Assembly: GCA_030390025.1 (NCBI GenBank)
Contig: CM059452.1
Span: 8,556,001 to 8,620,000, forward strand
Source: Squalus acanthias
Taxonomy: Eukaryota
Direction: 5' to 3'
Length of the DNA stretch: 64,000 nucleotides
Translations under genes and position numbers: made by a program
The notes under the pieces: generated by a model
Databases searched by the model: none
What the model saw: the letters and a program-made list of their open reading frames with translations, nothing else
What the model was told of the DNA's origin: nothing
Shown: piece by piece, positions 25,976 through 39,194 of the stretch
Layout of the letters: each line of letters opens with the position of its first letter
Numbering within the stretch: position 1 is the first letter of the stretch

Positions 25976-26098
25976 CACAGTGCAGCAAAGATCAGCAGAG
26001 ACCGTACAAAAACTGTAGGCTGTGCCATTATCAGAGCGCTGGGTGTTTTATAACACTGTCCCTGGGAACCGCCCCCAGTCTCCCAATAGGTGAAGTCT

Positions 26099-26236
26099 GA
26101 GTTCTGACGAAAGGTCATCGACCTGAAACGTTAACTCTGTTTCTCTCTTCACAGATGCTGCCTGACCTGCTGAGTTTCTCCAGCATTTTCTGTTTTTATT
26201 TCAGATTTCCAGCATCGGCAGTATTTTCTTTTTGTA
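26099..26236 (+). mobile_element. Penelope-derived short element with hammerhead at 26099-26137
   Basis: gagttCTGACGAaaggtcatcgacctGAAAcgTTaactc. Confidence 0.7.
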
Positions 26237-26617
26237 TCAGTGTCCCAGGATCCGTCTGAATTAACGGTTCTAGCAGAACAGACCATAATACTCAGCTGTA
26301 GTTTCCCCACTTCCGATAGTTTGCCCTTCCTCTACTGGTCCTTCATTATCCCGGGTTAGCTCCGAGATATTTCCACAGGAGATATCGCTTGGGGCGGGGA
26401 GATAATTCTCTGTATTTCCCAGATTGGTTCTCCGCTGATTTGGACAAAGACAAAGACACGAATACAACAGTTTGATATAGCAACCTGACAGTCTGTGGTC
26501 TTCGTGACTTTGGGATCAATCTAACCCCACAGATAAAAGCACCAAAAAGCACTTCAAGAAGGTGTAAATGCTCGCTGAGGTTTTTGTGCGGGGCTTTTGT
26601 TTTTATCTGACGCTATG

Positions 26618-26915
26618 CCTCACTGCACAGTTATAGACCGCCCCGTCCTCCATACTCAGGCCGCTTACATTTAGGTAACCGTACTTTCTAGACTTGCCAA
26701 CAGCCGCCAGATATTGCCCTGAGATTTCGACTTCCTTCAGTGCTACTGCTTTGCTATTTACCCAGCTTGGAGGCTGTGCCGGTTTCTGGCAATACAATTG
26801 CATGGCGTAAACATCTAGGACTGTATATTCGCAATCTAACTGCACCGAACCAACTTTGCATCGATCTGATAACCTGTGTTGTTTAAGATAATCCACTACT
26901 TACTGTCCAACACTG
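26618..26915 (-). pseudogene. Degenerate TCR V
   Basis: VQLDCEY..LYCQKP..EDGAVYNCAVR; RSS heptamer mutated (CATAGCG-23-ACAAAAACC). Confidence 0.75.
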
Positions 26916-27647
26916 CCGCCAATATTATTAGCAACATACCTGACTGAATTCTCACAGTGACTTGGAATTGAATGAGGCCGAGATTGAGAAGGGGTGCGGT
27001 AACCCGGGCTGTTCAGCTCATTGTTCCACCCACACACTGCAAGGGGCGGACCCATTGTGACATCACTGAGGTTACAATTGCTATTCGCTGTGGTGTTTTC
27101 ATCGCGTGACTTTCTAATTACCATGCTTGAATTTGGCGCCCTCTGCTGGTGGATTCTGTTCAATCCGATTTAGAATGAGATCATTGAGGGGGTTTAATAT
27201 TTATAGATTATATATAAAAGCATCTCTGCAAACTATTGTGTCTCAGAACTCTAGATTACAGCTGTGTAATCTCTTTATTTCCCTCCCACTCTACTCGCTC
27301 CCAGTCATTTCATCAGTGAGCAGCAGCAGGTAGACCACAGACCTCTCAAGACCCAAGGCCCTTTCCGCTCCATCATCTCCGAGTGCAGCTGAGCGGCGCC
27401 GCGCACTTTCTGTGGTTACACAGAGCTCAGAATTTGCTCAGTTTTGAGTCTGAGGCAGCCCCACCCTCAGCTTCCGTTTGCTGCTCTCGCTCTGACACGC
27501 CTTGCCTGCCCTGTGCTATTGGAGAGATGGTTGCCGCTGCTCCCTGTTTGGCATTGGTTGGATCAGCAATGCAGTGGTGTGGGGATCGGTAATTCTGATC
27601 CGAGAGAGGATTTCCCGGACTGCAGAGTTACAGACTCAGGGAGCGCC

Positions 27648-28108
27648 ATGTAAAACCGTCTCGCACCGCTCCTCGTCATTATATCACTTCTCAGTAAGTA
27701 TTACCTGCCCAGTAAAAATCCATTGTCTCCCTGACTGCTGTGACCCAGATGTTATGATTTATAAAATGATGATGATGATGACTATTATTGTTATTTTGTG
27801 TCAGAATGGAGCCGCCAAGACACAGTGGAACAACCGGTTCCTGAAATGACGGTTGAAGAGAAAATTAATGCCACACTAAACTGCACCTTGTAAAGAAGCG
27901 CTTCTACCCTTTATGTGTTCTGGTACAGTCAGCACCCCGGGCAGCTTCCACAGTACGTGGTTTATATCATTGCAGGAATAGTAAACCGGAACCCCGACTT
28001 CACTGACCGATTCTCTTCTACGTGTAATAAAAATACCAAGATTACTGAGCTAACGATCAGCAACGCCCTGATCTCCGACACCGCCATGTATTTCTGTGCT
28101 ATGAGCCC
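27648..28108 (+). pseudogene. TCR V pseudogene, inverted paralog of 5622-6098
   Basis: ATG TAA in the leader and TAA after the first Cys; DTAMYFCAMS; RSS CACACTG-24-AAAAAACCC. Confidence 0.88.
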
Positions 28109-28342
28109 CACACTGCTGCAGAGATATAGCGGATCCCGTAAAAAACCCAGTCTGAGAATTCCAGTTAGTGCTCACCAGAGGGCGCTCTCACACCGATAAA
28201 CAGAAGCGACAATTCAGTCTCCACAATGAGAGTCACAGGGACCTTCTTAAAAGGCCAATGAAACACAACACACAAGAACCGGTGAGGTCCACCAGCGGAA
28301 TTATATTAGTTGGTGATTTCAACTATCATTTATAATAAAAAT

Positions 28343-29021
28343 CACTAAGTTCTAAGCTCATGGTGTACAGAGCAGCAGATATACCCGCCGTGCTGTATGC
28401 CTCAGAGATATGGACCATGTACAACAGGCACCTCAAAGCACTGGAGAGGTACCACCAATGCTGCCTCCGCAAGATCCTGCAAATCCATTGGCAGGATAGG
28501 CGCACCAACGTCAGTGTTCGCACTCAGGCCAACATCCCCAGCATCGAAGCTTTGACCACGCTCGATCAGCTCCGATGGATGGGTCACATTGTCCGTATGC
28601 CCGATACAAGACTCCCAAAACAAGCGCTCTACTCGGAGCTCCGACACGGCAAGAGAGCCCCAAGTGGGCAGAGGAAACGCTTCAAGAACACCCTCAAAGC
28701 CTCCTTGAAAACGTGCAACATCCCCACTGACACCAGGGAATCCCTGGCCCAAGATCGCACAAAGTGGAGGAGAAGCATCCGGGAAGGCGTCGAACACCTC
28801 GAGTCTCTTCGCTGGGAGCAAGCGGAAGCCAAGCGCAAACAGCGCAAGGAGCGCACGTCAACCCAAACACCCCACCCACCCACCCCTTCAGCCACTGTCT
28901 GCCCCACCTGTGACAGAGACTGTCGGTCCCGCATTGGACTCATCAGTCACCTGAGAACACATTTTTAAGGTGGAAGCAAGTCATAATCGGTTCCGAGGGA
29001 CTGCCTAAGAAGAAGAAGAAG
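28343..29021 (+). mobile_element. RTE-clade LINE 3' fragment
   Basis: YASEIWT..QLRWMGHIVRMPDTRLPKQ..CPTC..HLRTH; (aag)n tail; ataataaaaa on both sides; absent from the paralog at ~5400. Confidence 0.8.
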
Positions 29022-30546
29022 ATAATAAAAAATACATTTCCCAAATGCATCTGTGCCTCCTTAACTCACGTTTTGTCTTTCGATGCCCTTTCCGTGCCTG
29101 CCAGTCCCTTTTCATCCCCTGTCTCCACTCTTTACTCATCATGGAATGAAATTCCATCTTCCAGTCTTAAGGTTAACGATGTAAAACCTTTGCGGCTGCT
29201 GGGTATATTAATTCAAAACCGCTCCAACCCAGCTTCCCATAAACAGGAACTACAGACAGGTCAGTGAATAAAGACAGGATTCCTCGCACCCTGTCCAGCA
29301 ACATCGGAACAGTTCTCAGAATATCCACCAGAGGGCGTCATGTCACAATATTCCTTTTCCTGGATCAGACCCCGGGCAGTGAGTTAAACGCTGTTTCTGC
29401 AACGATTGTGTAAATTTTGGAATGACTTGAAGTTTAATATTTGAAATCCTCACCGGGCTGGTTCGGCACATCGGAAAGTAATCAACACAAAAAGACATCC
29501 ATCATATTGAAGGATTGGTTTCTGATACAACCCAGTGAGAAGGGTGTGGAAGATGGGGAAAGAAAGATCAAAATGTGAGTGAAAGACACAGCCTGAGATC
29601 TGATTTCTGAAGCCATTAACTGTACCGATGACGGAGATCGATGTTAAAGGGGCGAAAGACAAACCGAAACCGCCTGTATTGTGCTTGTTTTTCTGCGCCA
29701 CATCCTTTTATAATATGAGTGAATGTTGTGAGGACAGTTTTTCACTCCCTGCTGGTGTTGAGCTCCTGTTAACGAGAACCCGCCCGACACCTCACCCTGG
29801 GGGTTTGAAGCCGCTCCCCCCGCCTCTCCTCTGCTGCCGGGAACATCGGCGGGAAAGTGCTGAAACGCGTCGACGGGCCGCTCCCTCCATTCTCTCTCAT
29901 TGAAAATTTAAAATCTGAAAATTATGTATCAGTAAATTAACCATTACAGGCACAACGAAGGTAACAAATCGTCAGATATAATTAAAACATTTTTAATGCA
30001 AACCACAGAAGGGAAACGCTGGTTAAGTTATAGGGAGAGGTAATTTTTATGTCTGTTCAATTGTTTGTTCAGCAACAGCAGATACCATCGCTCTAATATC
30101 ACAGATCTATAAATCACTCCGATAAAATAAGGAATCATTGTTAGTTCATAGGTTAACTGACCCGTAAGTGAAAGCTCACAGCAGTCACGGCTACCAGTGT
30201 CCTGACGGTGAAACTAACGGAATTCTGGAGAAAGAATTGACCCCAGAATAAACCAAATCCATTAACAATCCTGAGTTTTTTGGTCACAAACTCGACACGG
30301 GTTCAATCCCACCCCCGGTCTCTAAAAGCGGAACCACTCCCCTATAAGGACACTGACTGTAGCCCAGCTCGGGGTGTTCCCATTCACTGGCAGCCAGCTC
30401 ACCACCTACCGGTCTCACAGCACCACTGGGGACACCAGGAAGTGAGGTGAGAGCATCCTGAGACACGACAGCAGATTATTGAGGGCGGGGATTAGAACGG
30501 GTGTCTTCAAACATCCAACCCCCCTTTTACAGAGCGGACAGCGACA

Positions 30547-31010
30547 ATGCGGCTACTCAGCATCTGGGCTGTCTGGGGGGCATTTCTGACAGGTAATTTT
30601 GGACCAAACACATTGCAGCTTTTCTCTAATTTCTAACATGGTTTGAATCTGAATTTTAAACACCCGCCGGTCTGATCTTTTCCTGATTGAACATGTTTTT
30701 CAGATCTGAGTCTTGGAGATTCTGTCACTCAGCCGCTGTCCTCAGGAGTTAAGACAGAAGGAGAAGCGGTGACTTTAAGCTGTACCTTTGATACTACACG
30801 GAGCGGCTATGATTTGTTCTGGTACCGGCAACACCCAGACACACAGCCCGAGTTTATACTGAGCAAATACTCGAGCGGTGCTGAAGATAAAGCAGATTTT
30901 GCTAAAACCCGTTTCTCTGCTGAGCTCCAGACCTCGACTAAATTCACCAGTTTAACCATCTCGGGGCTGCAGCTGACTGACTCTGCTGTGTATTATTGCG
31001 CCCTGAGACT
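30547..31010 (+). CDS. TCR alpha/delta V segment, apparently functional (leader 30547-30592, V exon 30704-31010)
   Basis: Leader MRLLSIWAVWGAFLT|gtaat; GDSVTQP..LSC..FWYRQ..DSAVYYCALR; RSS CACAGTG-23-ACAAAAACT at 31011-31049. Confidence 0.93.
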
Positions 31011-31849
31011 CACAGTGATGGAAAGCAGTCTCACCCCCGTACAAAAACTGCCATTGGACTGTAGGGCGGAGCTCCTGTCTGTTGGGGTTGTGTGGAATCG
31101 CGGGCAGATGCAGCCACAATGTGCAGCGCGTGTCAGGCGCTCAAACACACACCGAGAGGAAACCAAATTAACCTCGGATCAAACTGTCACCCAACTGCTT
31201 CCAGGAGCGGCCGAGAAAACAAACTGCAGAATCAAATCGGCACGAAAGATCGATCACTGAATTAACCGACCGGTTAAACTGTCCTTTCTGCCTCTGATCA
31301 GCTGTTTTCCCTTAAAGTCATGGATCGATGTTAAAATCAGCTCCGAGAAAGAGGTTGCTGACAGCGCCAGGAACTTCCTGCTGGTCGCTCCGTTAATGGG
31401 ACAGGATCTGGTTCCCATATTCTGCCTGTGTGTGTTATTTCATCTCGTGTATTCCTTCAAAACCGAATACTTAATGTATTGGGGTGCTCGGGAAATCCTC
31501 CGACCCATTACTCTATTTTAGTTGCACTATATTTAGATGCCACTTTCCAAGATTGAAAACAGAGGTGTTGGAAACACAGAACCGAATGGGAGAGGACATG
31601 AAAGAGAAAATTAGTTGAATGTTTCGGGAGATCTGTAGAGAAAGTAGAGAGATTTCTGAACTCTTTCGCTATTCTTGCTGTTCCGGTCACTGGCTGCCTC
31701 ATTGAACTTCCGTGCGTTAGTTAACCTGCAATAAATCTGACCAAGTGCTATTGGCCTGTAAGGAGAACTCTGACTGTGTGGCAGTTTCCCCTAGGGAGGT
31801 AATAAATAGCCATTCAGTGGTTCAGTTGGCTCACACCCTGTCAGTGATT

Positions 31850-34800
31850 TAAGCAGCCATGAAGGACAGAGATTCCCACAATGCACAGCGGGCCAGAATA
31901 GGCCCAATGTAGACCACGGGCCGTCCTGCTCCCTGGGAGCACTGTTCGCACATGCGCAACTCGCCTACCGCTTCAATTGTCGCTGTCTGTATCTTTATCT
32001 CTGTCGCATATTTTCTCCTTTTTATTAAGAAAGGAAGATCGCTTCTTTCGTGGGAATTGAAGTCACATGTCACACCGCACGTCACACAAACATGGCAGTC
32101 GCCACTTTGCCCTGAACTGGATGACGCCACAATGCTTTTCGCATGTCACAGCACCGCGATTGGCTGATTTTCACATTCATTGAGGGTCAGGGATCAGGGC
32201 TGTAACCCCGGGGTTGTCAGCTCGGAAAGTCTTCAATGGGCCCTGTACCACCCGATATTCTCGGAGCCTGGGAACAGGATACAGAGCCGGGAGACACAGC
32301 GATGGTGGCTGAAGGTATTTGTCGCTTTGAGGGGAGGGAGAGAGATTGGGGCAGAGACATAGTTTAAACAGCAACTCCATCAATTTGCAATGTTCCTTCC
32401 CAGCCCTTCAGAAGGGCCGTATAATTCTTCCGTTCCTCAACCCCATCATAAATTCAACCACAGGAGACCTCGCGCCTGGACTCCAGGGATTCAGAGGGAA
32501 AGCGGCGCCGCATCAGAGGGAGAATGCAGGAAGATACTCGGGTTGGGCCAGAAACCTCTGGAGATGTTCCCGGGGCCGGGAGGCACCGAAAGAGTCCAAG
32601 GATCCGGTTAAGGTCGTGGAGCAAAACTGCAGGGAAACAGGGAGCGGAGATCTGAAGGTCATAGGCGGTACACAGCAGTGATGTTCACTGAGTTGATGGA
32701 GATGGTACAAGAAGGAATGGAGCAGAGCAGGGAGAAAGGATCCCTGGGGTGATGATCAGTGAGTTCAGGGAGTTGGTATCAGGGGGAATGGAGCAGAGCA
32801 GGGAGAAAGGTCGTCAGGGATACAGGAGACAGATGGTCAGGGTAAATGGGTGTGGCTCAGATTGGAGAAGGGTTGGAAGTGGTTACCCCAGTGCTGGGCC
32901 GACTCTTTTATTGGTCTGTGTGGAATCTAACAGAGCAGGTGGAGAGAGAGATAGTTTGTGTGTATAGCAGAAAAAGTGAAAACAGTCTATGTGTGTGTGT
33001 ACAAAAGAAAAGCTGTAGAGAGAGCCTGTGTGTCGGATAGGCCCCAGACTCTTAGAATCATTTCCAGGGTATGTGCTCCCCAGTGTGTCTGTGTCAGATA
33101 TCTAACAAGTGTGTACCTGCCGTGGGAGCGTTTGATGGAACAGTGTAGAGGGAGATTTACTCTACCATGTACTGTAATGCATCAAGCTGTGATGGAGCAG
33201 GGCCCTGCACTTTATTAGAAACTGGCATGTGACTGTTACAGGCCATAATATTAGAGGAGACTGCAATGGGCGCCTGGTCGCTGTGCAGTCATTCCGCCTC
33301 AGGGTCTTGACATAAAAAGGCACTGGTAATGGTGTCTTTACACTGATAGGACACTGGGTGGCGCAGTGGCTCCATAACTGTCCCATCAAACACTCCCAGG
33401 GCAGGTACAGCACGGGTTAGATACAGAGTAAAGCTCCCTCTACACTGTCCCATCAAACACTCGCAAGCCAGGTACAGCACAGGTTAGATATCGAATAAAG
33501 CTCCCTTTACACTGTCCCATCAAACACTTCCAGGGCAGGTACAGCACGGGTTAGATACAGAGTAAAGCTCCCTCTGCACTGTCCCATCAAACACTCCCAG
33601 GGCAGGTACAGCACGGGATAGATATCTGACACAGATGCACCAGGGAGCACAAACCCTGGGGATGATTCCCAGAGCCTGGGGCCTATCTGACACAGCCTCT
33701 CTCCAGCTTTTAGACAGTATTTGAGGGAGAGGAGATGAGGGATCGCGCGGTGTCCACAGACACATTTGGAGCCTTCTGCCTCCAGTGGGCACAACTAGAT
33801 AAAGGTTGTGATAAAATCAAATTCTAATGGAATATAATTTTAGTTTTGTTCAGGCCAAGTGTGCGAGTGGAGCCCTCCTCTCGGGTGGGCACTAGTGGAA
33901 TATATTTTTGTTTTGGAATCGCCCCTTTAAAGGAGACCCGAGTTCAAATGGTCCACACAGACCAAAGGAGCAAAGTAGGCCCAGCACTGGGGTAACCACT
34001 TCCAAGCCTTCTTCAATCTCAGCCACACCCATTAACCCTGACGCTCTGTCTCATGTTTCCCTGGCGATATTTCTCCCTGCTCTGCTCCATTCCCGCTGAC
34101 ATCATCTCCCTGAACTCACTGAACATCACCCCAGGGATCCTTTCTCCCTGCTCTCCTCCATTCCTTCTTGTACCAACTCCAGAACTCACTGAACATCACC
34201 CCAGGGATCTTTCTCTCTGCTCTGCTCCATTCTCTCTCATACCATCGACCTGAACTAAATGAACATCAATCCAGGGATCCGCAGTGACCTTCAGATCTTT
34301 GCTCCCTGTTTCCTTGAACTTTCGCACCACGTCCTTCACCGTCTCATCGGATTAGTTCGGTGACTCCGTGCCACGTGAGCATCTCCAGAGGTTTCTGGCC
34401 AGGCCCGAGTATCTTCTGGCATTTTCCTTCAAATGCGGTTCTGCTCTTCTTCGAAACTCCTAGAATTCAGGCGTGAGGTGTCCTATAGTTGAACATGACA
34501 TCGGGTTAAGAGAGGGAAGAATTAACGGACCGTCTGAAGGGAGATTGGGAATGTATGGAGTTGGTGCTTATACTCCGTCTCTGCCACAATCTCTCACCCC
34601 TCCCCCTATCCGGGGCCGCCATCCCCTCCAATATCATCCTCGTCTCACTTCCCTGTTCCCAGGCTCTCACTGACTCCGGGCTCGGTGATTCTCATGGAGT
34701 GCAGGGTCCCTTTAAGAGGCCCCGTGCTGCCCCCGCCCACTCCTCGGGTTCATAGGACTGAGTCAGGGGTCACAGGTGCCACAAACTGGGGCTCTTTAGC

Positions 34801-35205
34801 GCTGAGCGGAGGCTGGAGACGCCCCGTGATCTCCTAACCCTGAATCAATGGGGGAAACCGCCAATAACGTTGCTGTGACATGCTGAGGGATTATGGCGTC
34901 ATCAACTGCAGGGCAAACCGGCGTTGGCCATGTTTGTGTGACATACAGTCGGCTATGTTTGTGTGACGTATAACCGCTGCGCGATTGAAAAACAAATTTA
35001 CATCAGTTTCCATCAAAATAAATGCTCGATCTTAATCGATTAAAGTGAAATTCTGGCATAGGAGAGAATAAAAAAGTTGTCATTAAAAGGTTTTCTGAGG
35101 TGCAAATGTGCGGACAGTTCTCCCAGAGTGCAGCGCGGCCCGTGTCACAATGGGCCTTTTTCCCTGCCGCTGTGAATTGTGGGAGCCGCAGCCCTCCATG
35201 GCCGA
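31850..35205. repeat. Large diverged inverted repeat (arms ~31850-33165 and ~33555-35205)
   Basis: Multiple colinear reverse-complement blocks, e.g. ggagaaaggatccctggggtgatg vs catcaccccagggatcctttctcc. Confidence 0.75.
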
Positions 35206-35711
35206 GTCATTAACTCAGTGAATCCAAACCCAAACTCCTTCAGACGGGAGCTGGCCGGGTTGTTGTCCGGACAGACTGCGGGTGTCCTGTTGAGCGGAGA
35301 GAATCTCTGAGCAGATTACACACCAAATCCGGGAAATCCCAGGAGGTGGTGACCGCTCATCAACCCAAGCGTTGAAAGACGGATTGAACCAAAGAAAAGG
35401 AAATATGAAACTCTGCTGGTCCCTTTGAAAACAGGCGGACAATAAATATAACTCCTAGGGTGAAATATCACTCGGCAAAATATAAATGTTTCAGTTGAGA
35501 AAAACAATTATTTACACAGAAGGAAGTGAAAATGTGGAATAAATGCATCAAATATTTTAACTGGGGAATTGGATAGGAGACTCGAAAGATGGGAATATTA
35601 AAGGGTGTGAGGAGCGAAAAGAAAAGTGTAGACTTGATGGGATTAATCCGTTATTTCAGTAGGGTAAAACGCGAAGATTCGTCCAGAATGCATCCAAGAA
35701 GAATATTTTTT

Positions 35712-36105
35712 CTCTCTCTCCGTGCTCTGTATCACTGTGTGTCTGTAATCCCCACCATGTTCAGGTTTGTGAACTCTCTCCGTGCTCTGTATCACTGTGT
35801 GTCTGTAATCCTCACCATGTTCAGACTGTGAACTCTCTCCGTGCTCTGTATCACTGTGTGTCTGTAATCCCCACCATGTTCGGGTTGTGAACTCTCTCCG
35901 TGCTCTGTATCACTGTGTGTCTGTAATCCCCACCATGGTTATGTTCAGGTTTGTGAACTCTCTCCGTGCTCTATATCACTGTGTGTCTGTAATCCCCACC
36001 ATGTTCAGGTTTGTGAACTCTCTCCGTGCTCTGTATCACTGTGTGTCTGTAATCCCACCATGTTCAGGTTTTTGTACGGCTCTCTCCGTGCTCTGTATCA
36101 CTGTG
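35712..36105 (-). repeat. ~60-bp tandem repeat built from the supporting-V RSS (6 extra copies plus the true RSS at 36067-36105)
   Basis: Each unit contains CACAGTG, most of the spacer and, in most units, an ACAAACCTG-like nonamer. Confidence 0.9.
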
Positions 36106-36411
36106 CTGTGCGCGGACTCAGTGCACAGTAATACACAGCGGAGTCACTCAGTTGCAGTTTCGCGATGTTTAAGCGGCTGATTTTCTGCGCACCATCGACA
36201 GAAGCAGAAATTCGGCCACCGGCAGCGTTTTCTTTATTCCCCTCTCCTGAAGTGTGTCTCTGAAGCAGGTATTTCGGAGCCTTTCCTGGGGACTGACGGT
36301 ACCAGTGTACTGTGTGCTGACAGACCCCTGAATATTCGCAGTTTAAAGTAATGGTGTCTCCGGCAGCAGAGGTTTGTAGAGGCGGACCCTGGGACATCGA
36401 GAAACTGGAAT
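36106..36411 (-). CDS. NAR-TCR supporting TCR delta V exon
   Basis: Phase-1 acceptor tctcgcag|AT; TLNCEYSGVCQHTVHWYRQ (extra CDR1 Cys)..DSAVYYCALSPRT; RSS CACAGTG-23-ACAAAAACC; lies downstream of NAR-TCR J donors and has no adjacent canonical leader. Confidence 0.88.
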
Positions 36412-36559
36412 CTGCGAGATTAAAATGGGGAATTGTTATTTATTTGGCTGCTGTTTACCCGGGGACACTTGTCAATCACAGGAATAGTTCTCTCTCTCGT
36501 GGTAATGCCGTTCTACTTTTGAAGCCTGTTCCAACTTTATTCACTGTAATTGGCAAAAG

Positions 36560-36830
36560 CACCGGCGTGGGGAGGGGGTGGGCGTGGGGTAGGAGAAATG
36601 TATTTGCGCAGTGGGCCGTTATGATCTGGAATGCACTGCCTGAAAGGGTGGTGGGAGCAGATTCAATCGTAACTTTCAACAGGAAATTGAATTAATACTG
36701 GAAAAGGAAAATTTGTCAGGACTATGGGGAAAGAGCGGGGCGAGTGGGACTAATTGAATAGTTCCTTCAAAGAGCCGCACAGACAAGGTGGGCCGAATGT
36801 CCTCCTTCTCTGCTGTATGATTCTATGATT
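36560..36830 (+). mobile_element. CR1 LINE 3' fragment
   Basis: ..MIWNALPERVV..; ctatgattctatg tail. Confidence 0.65.
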
Positions 36831-37424
36831 TCTATTGAATTTCAGGTTTTATTTTTCTTCGTGAAAGATAAACCTGAAAAAAATAATAGTAAATTCTCCT
36901 CCTCACTGAGACAACCACATTCCAATGATGTTTGACCGAGAGTGACCCGGCTGTGTAATGTCACTGCGCACAGCAAGATCCAACAGAAAGCAGTGAGATT
37001 CATCAACATCGATTGAGCCAAACTGACACTGAAAATCTGTGGGTCAAAGGTCAATCTTTTACTGCAGTTTAACAGTTCACGGGAGCTCCTGTCTGCCTCT
37101 CGCTCTATTTGTCTCTTTTCTTCCATCAGTGGGGCCCGTTTGTTCCATTTCACTTTAATTTGAATTATTTACAGTTAGTTTCATTTTATTTCTACATCTG
37201 GGTCGCTCACTTTGTGCTGTTTGTGGTTTTTTGCCAGCCTGAGAACTTGTCCCAAAGTCTCTCAGTTGTCGGTTGAGTTCAGTCTGTGCAGTTTCCGCAG
37301 TGGTTTTACTGTTACTCACTGGGAACTGGCTCTTCCGGCTCTCTGACAGCTTCAATTCCTTCAGCCCATTGGCTGATTCTCTCCCGTGTTGTCCGGGCGG
37401 AGTTTTCTCTGAGTTTTACATTAA

Positions 37425-37860
37425 ACAGAATCTGCAGAACAGGAACAGGCCATTCGGCCCAACTGGTCTGTGCGGTGTTTATACTCCACACGAGCCTCCC
37501 CCCACTCTAATTACCTCTTCACACTCTGACCCCTGTATCTCTCGATTCCTTCCCCCCCCCCTGTATTTTTCAAACCTCCCCTTAAATGCATCAACGCTAT
37601 CTGCTCCAACCGCTCCGTGTGGCAGCGAGTTCCACATTCTGACTCCTCTCTGTGTGAATAAATTCTTCCCAATGTCTTTATTTGTTCTGTTAGTGACTAT
37701 CTTATATTTGTGGCCCCTTGTTCTGGACTCACCCACAATGGAAACAGTTTCCCCACGTGCACCCTATCGAACCCCTTCATCATTTTAATCACCTCCATCA
37801 GGTCTCCTCGTTTTCTTCTCTTTTCCAGAGAAAAGAGTCCCCGCCTGTTCAATCTTTCCA
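37425..37860 (-). mobile_element. CR1 LINE 3' fragment (another at ~38270-38530)
   Basis: GESRTRGHKYKI..FTQRGVRMWNSLP. Confidence 0.7.
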
Positions 37861-39194
37861 GAAATGTGTGGATTGCTGCTGATGTCTTTTCTCAGGAGTG
37901 TAAGAAATTCAAAGTTGAGAAAAGGGCCCGAGTCCAATCGCAGCCCGTCCCTCCAGTAAATCTCACTGCCCCGGTGTCGGATTGTGCTTTGAACGGCCCA
38001 GAGACCGGTGTCTCCACACCCCCGCCCGGCCGGTGAAGTCCGATATTTCTCTCCCTTTCGGTGAACTATTTCTTGCTGGTTCTAAGTGGACTTCCCTCCA
38101 GTCTGTACTTGTTCCCTAAGGTGTTCCTGCTCTCCTTTATAGGAACATTAGAACCTCGCCCTCACTCGCTCACTGCCCAGTGTTGTTTCAGTTAACAGTA
38201 ACCAGGGATACAGATAAATTACTGCAATCCGATCTCTCAAACATGAACATTAATATTACAGCGAATTACACAGAATGTAGAGCACAGAAACAGGCCATTG
38301 GGTCCAATCGGTCCATGCCGATGTTACTGCTCCACACGAGCCTCCTCCCACCCCTACTCCATCTCACCCCATCAACAGATCCTTCTATTCCTTTCTCCCT
38401 CACCTACTTATCTAGATTCCCCTTCAATGTATCGATGTTATTCGGCTCAACTGCTCCTTGTGGCAGCGAGTTCCACATTCTGACCACTCTCTGGGTAAAG
38501 AAGTTCCTCCTGAATTCGCCATTGGATTGATTAGAAAACAGTAAAAAAAAATTAACAGCTTCTGTGGTTCGAAGCTTTTACTTTTCGACTTAAACGGGCA
38601 ACGTGGAGGGAAAATGATTGTTTATATAAAAGCAATCGGAATAAATGTCAGATAAAATACAACTAATTTCAGTCACTGAGTGTCCAATAATGAAATGCCA
38701 TCTAAACCTACAGGCGGATCACTTGTATCTGAAGCCCCGCCATGTTGTGCTCCAGTATTTCTGCCGCTGTAGGTATCGGACCTGATTGGCTTGTTGATAT
38801 TAATTTTGAAATAAACACAATAATTGTGGGCAATGAAGGGGTTATTAGGACATTGGGATAAAGATTCATTCTAGAGTTGTGAAGATTATTTGGGGGGTGG
38901 GAGATGGAGTAGGGACAGAGATGGAAAAACAAGTCGAGCTGTGCTGCTTTAAGTGCTGTGTCTGTGCTGGACGCCTGCGCGCTGACTGAGAGCGATTCTG
39001 AGGGAAGGCCGAATGGATCGCTGCTTACTTCGTCCCACCCCCACCCCCACCACCCGCCCAACCTCCAAACCCCTGATTCCAGCCCCGAGTTTGTCTTTTT
39101 TTTGGATAGACAAGTTAAATAGGATGAAAGTCCCTTCCTTGTCTTAATTTAGATCGTGATCTTTTATTTTTACTTTCAAATGTATGGTAATGAT

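Noticed and set aside
37273-37327. Leader-like stretch LSSVCAVSAVVLLLLTG
   Set aside because: No ATG, no GT donor and no V exon downstream; too weak to call.
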